Shown piece by piece: positions 62,355-64,000 of a DNA stretch of 64,000 nt. Both the position numbers and the translations under genes were made by a program. How positions within the stretch are numbered: the first letter of the stretch is position 1; the number at the start of each line of letters is the position of its first letter. This stretch comes from Syncephalis fuscata S228 (taxonomy: Eukaryota; Fungi; Zoopagomycota), in assembly GCA_025786725.1 (NCBI GenBank), contig JAHLTZ010000026.1, positions 124,001 to 188,000 on the forward strand. The letters are read 5' to 3'. The notes under the pieces were generated by a model. That model saw only the letters and a list, made by a program, of their open reading frames with translations, searched no databases and was not told the DNA's origin.

Positions 62355-62966
62355 TTATGGAATACGAAATCCAATCTTTAGTTTTGAAAAGAGCTGTGGG
62401 CCATAAGTGGGACTTTGATGGCAAGGTATGATGTAGAATTGAGTACTATCGTCATTGCCTGAAAGACAGTAATCAGTCGCCAGATTACGAAGCCAGCACC
62501 GTTTATAATCATTACAGCCAAGACGCCACATTTGTTTACTATCAACTCGACTTGAGTCGGCCGGGCATCGATTTACTTTTACTGGACTATGGGATACCAT
62601 GGCTTCAATACCCAAGCAAAGGTCTTCGCCAATACGGATAGGCTGATAACCTTGTGTAAAATTGCCATCAAACTTCCAAGTTTGGCCGGGACGCCAGTAA
62701 TTCTTTGCACATTCATCAGCCACGACTGAATAGTTGGCACCAAGTCCTTCAGCGTATAAACAACGGGTGCTATTAGTGTTGCCTGTATAGCCAGAGGCCG
62801 AGTATTTTGGCGGAGGCAGTTGGCATTTAACATCCGGAAAATTAAGAAGAAATGGCTCTATTCCTGCTTCTGTGGCCGGCACAGAAGTCAGTACAAGTAA
62901 AACCAGTCCTACAAATAATAGAGATAGCTTTACAGCTAAAGAGCTTGTTGTAAAACGACTAAACAT
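62355..62966 (-). CDS. Small secreted ricin-B (beta-trefoil) lectin-like protein
   Basis: Signal peptide; three subdomains with CL...C...QxW/F pattern (RCLY..ECA..GQTW; LCLG..NRC..KQMW; YCLS..PCH..PQLF). Confidence 0.75.
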   Translation of the reverse strand: MFSRFTTSSLAVKLSLLFVGLVLLVLTSVPATEAGIEPFLLNFPDVKCQLPPPKYSASGYTGNTNSTRCLYAEGLGANYSVVADECAKNYWRPGQTWKFDGNFTQGYQPIRIGEDLCLGIEAMVSHSPVKVNRCPADSSRVDSKQMWRLGCNDYKRCWLRNLATDYCLSGNDDSTQFYIIPCHQSPTYGPQLFSKLKIGFRIP

Positions 62967-64000
62967 GATTAATTATAAACAGACAATGGAGAGGGATTTA
63001 ACTGTAATAAATTAATGGTATTAGAGGCGTGGCTGGGTGGATGTTTATATAAATGATTGTCCTATCGTTTGTATGAGTATAATGGTAACGAGCAAGCGTG
63101 GACTATTAGGTATAACAAACAATTAAGAACAAAGAGATAAGTGACGACAGGCGAGTAAAGGCAAATAGCCGACAATGGATATTAGTTGGTTAATTGGTTG
63201 GCTTTAACACATACACGGATGTGCAATACACTATAGTTACTGAACTAGCAGCACTAACCAGAGTAATCGAAATAATAGAGGATTGCTAAAACAAGGAAGA
63301 TGAAGAAAAAAGAATGAAGAAAGAAGACAGCATCAATAAATATGGAACTAAATGGAATGGCAACGAGAGTGGCATGCGGTTACATTGACAAAGGAAACTA
63401 CACTCAAGGATTTACATACTGGTGACACGAGCAAACAGGAATATGGATCCAACTTGAATTGTATCATGTTAACATGTGACAATGTCTGAACAGCTTTTAC
63501 TATCAAAACCTGTTTTGTTTAAACTGGTATTAGTCACCATAGTTTATTAAATAAAAACAATAAAAAAACAAGAAATAAGATATGGCTATAGCTAAAGTAT
63601 TAGATTGTGGAATGTAATTACTGCAAATGCAAGGTGTTAAGTATTTGAGTAAAAACATTTTTAAATTAATTACAATTATTTAGTGTGAACAAAACTGGAT
63701 AATTTATAATTACCAAATATGGTAATGCCTATTATTAATAATAGTATTTCTATTATTAGTATCATATTTAATAAACAATTAACATATAAAGCTGACTATT
63801 TTATTAATCAAATAAACAAATTGCTATTTTTCCTATTCATTTGTAAATGTTAATTGTAATACTTTATGCATAATAGCTATGATTGTGATGTGGCTCCAGT
63901 GTCTTTATATTTCTAACAGCTATTACCATTATAAAGTGTAGCATTTTCTATTTATAATATCTATGGCCACCTTAAGTGCTTTCAATGTAATTAAGTGCTA

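Overview
AT-rich, gene-dense eukaryotic (fungal) genomic DNA with short GT-AG introns. The gene families suggest an early-diverging fungus such as the mycoparasite Syncephalis (Zoopagomycota); this is inference. About 20 protein-coding loci can be supported. The standout is 23689-28181 (+), which the ORF track misses entirely. It reads as a 55-exon gene for a 92-aa secreted prepro-peptide. 51 of its 53 internal exons are only 3 nt long (AG|NNN|GT), all introns are phase 1, and 48 consecutive units form an ~82-bp tandem array of mutually homologous introns, each with a variable 3-nt exon core: effectively one codon per exon. Joining the exons gives a stop-free ORF: MKLYIVVVCTLLVAFLVSTAMVDARPNRIRRAVAPLAKRALSKRSSATTQSETDTQSKTDSGEHVSDTNSEWSTQALHSQRGTRKYNRHVNN*. 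Other notable items are a PAK/STE20 gene with at least four tandem kinase domains, one degenerate (<1-8121, -), and an 877-bp near-perfect inverted repeat bracketing the gephyrin/CnxE gene. There is also a co-oriented cluster of mostly secreted or membrane genes (subtilisin, GST pseudogene, 7TM protein, aminopeptidase, Cu-only SOD). Many otherwise intact genes carry single-base frameshifts, most likely assembly errors.
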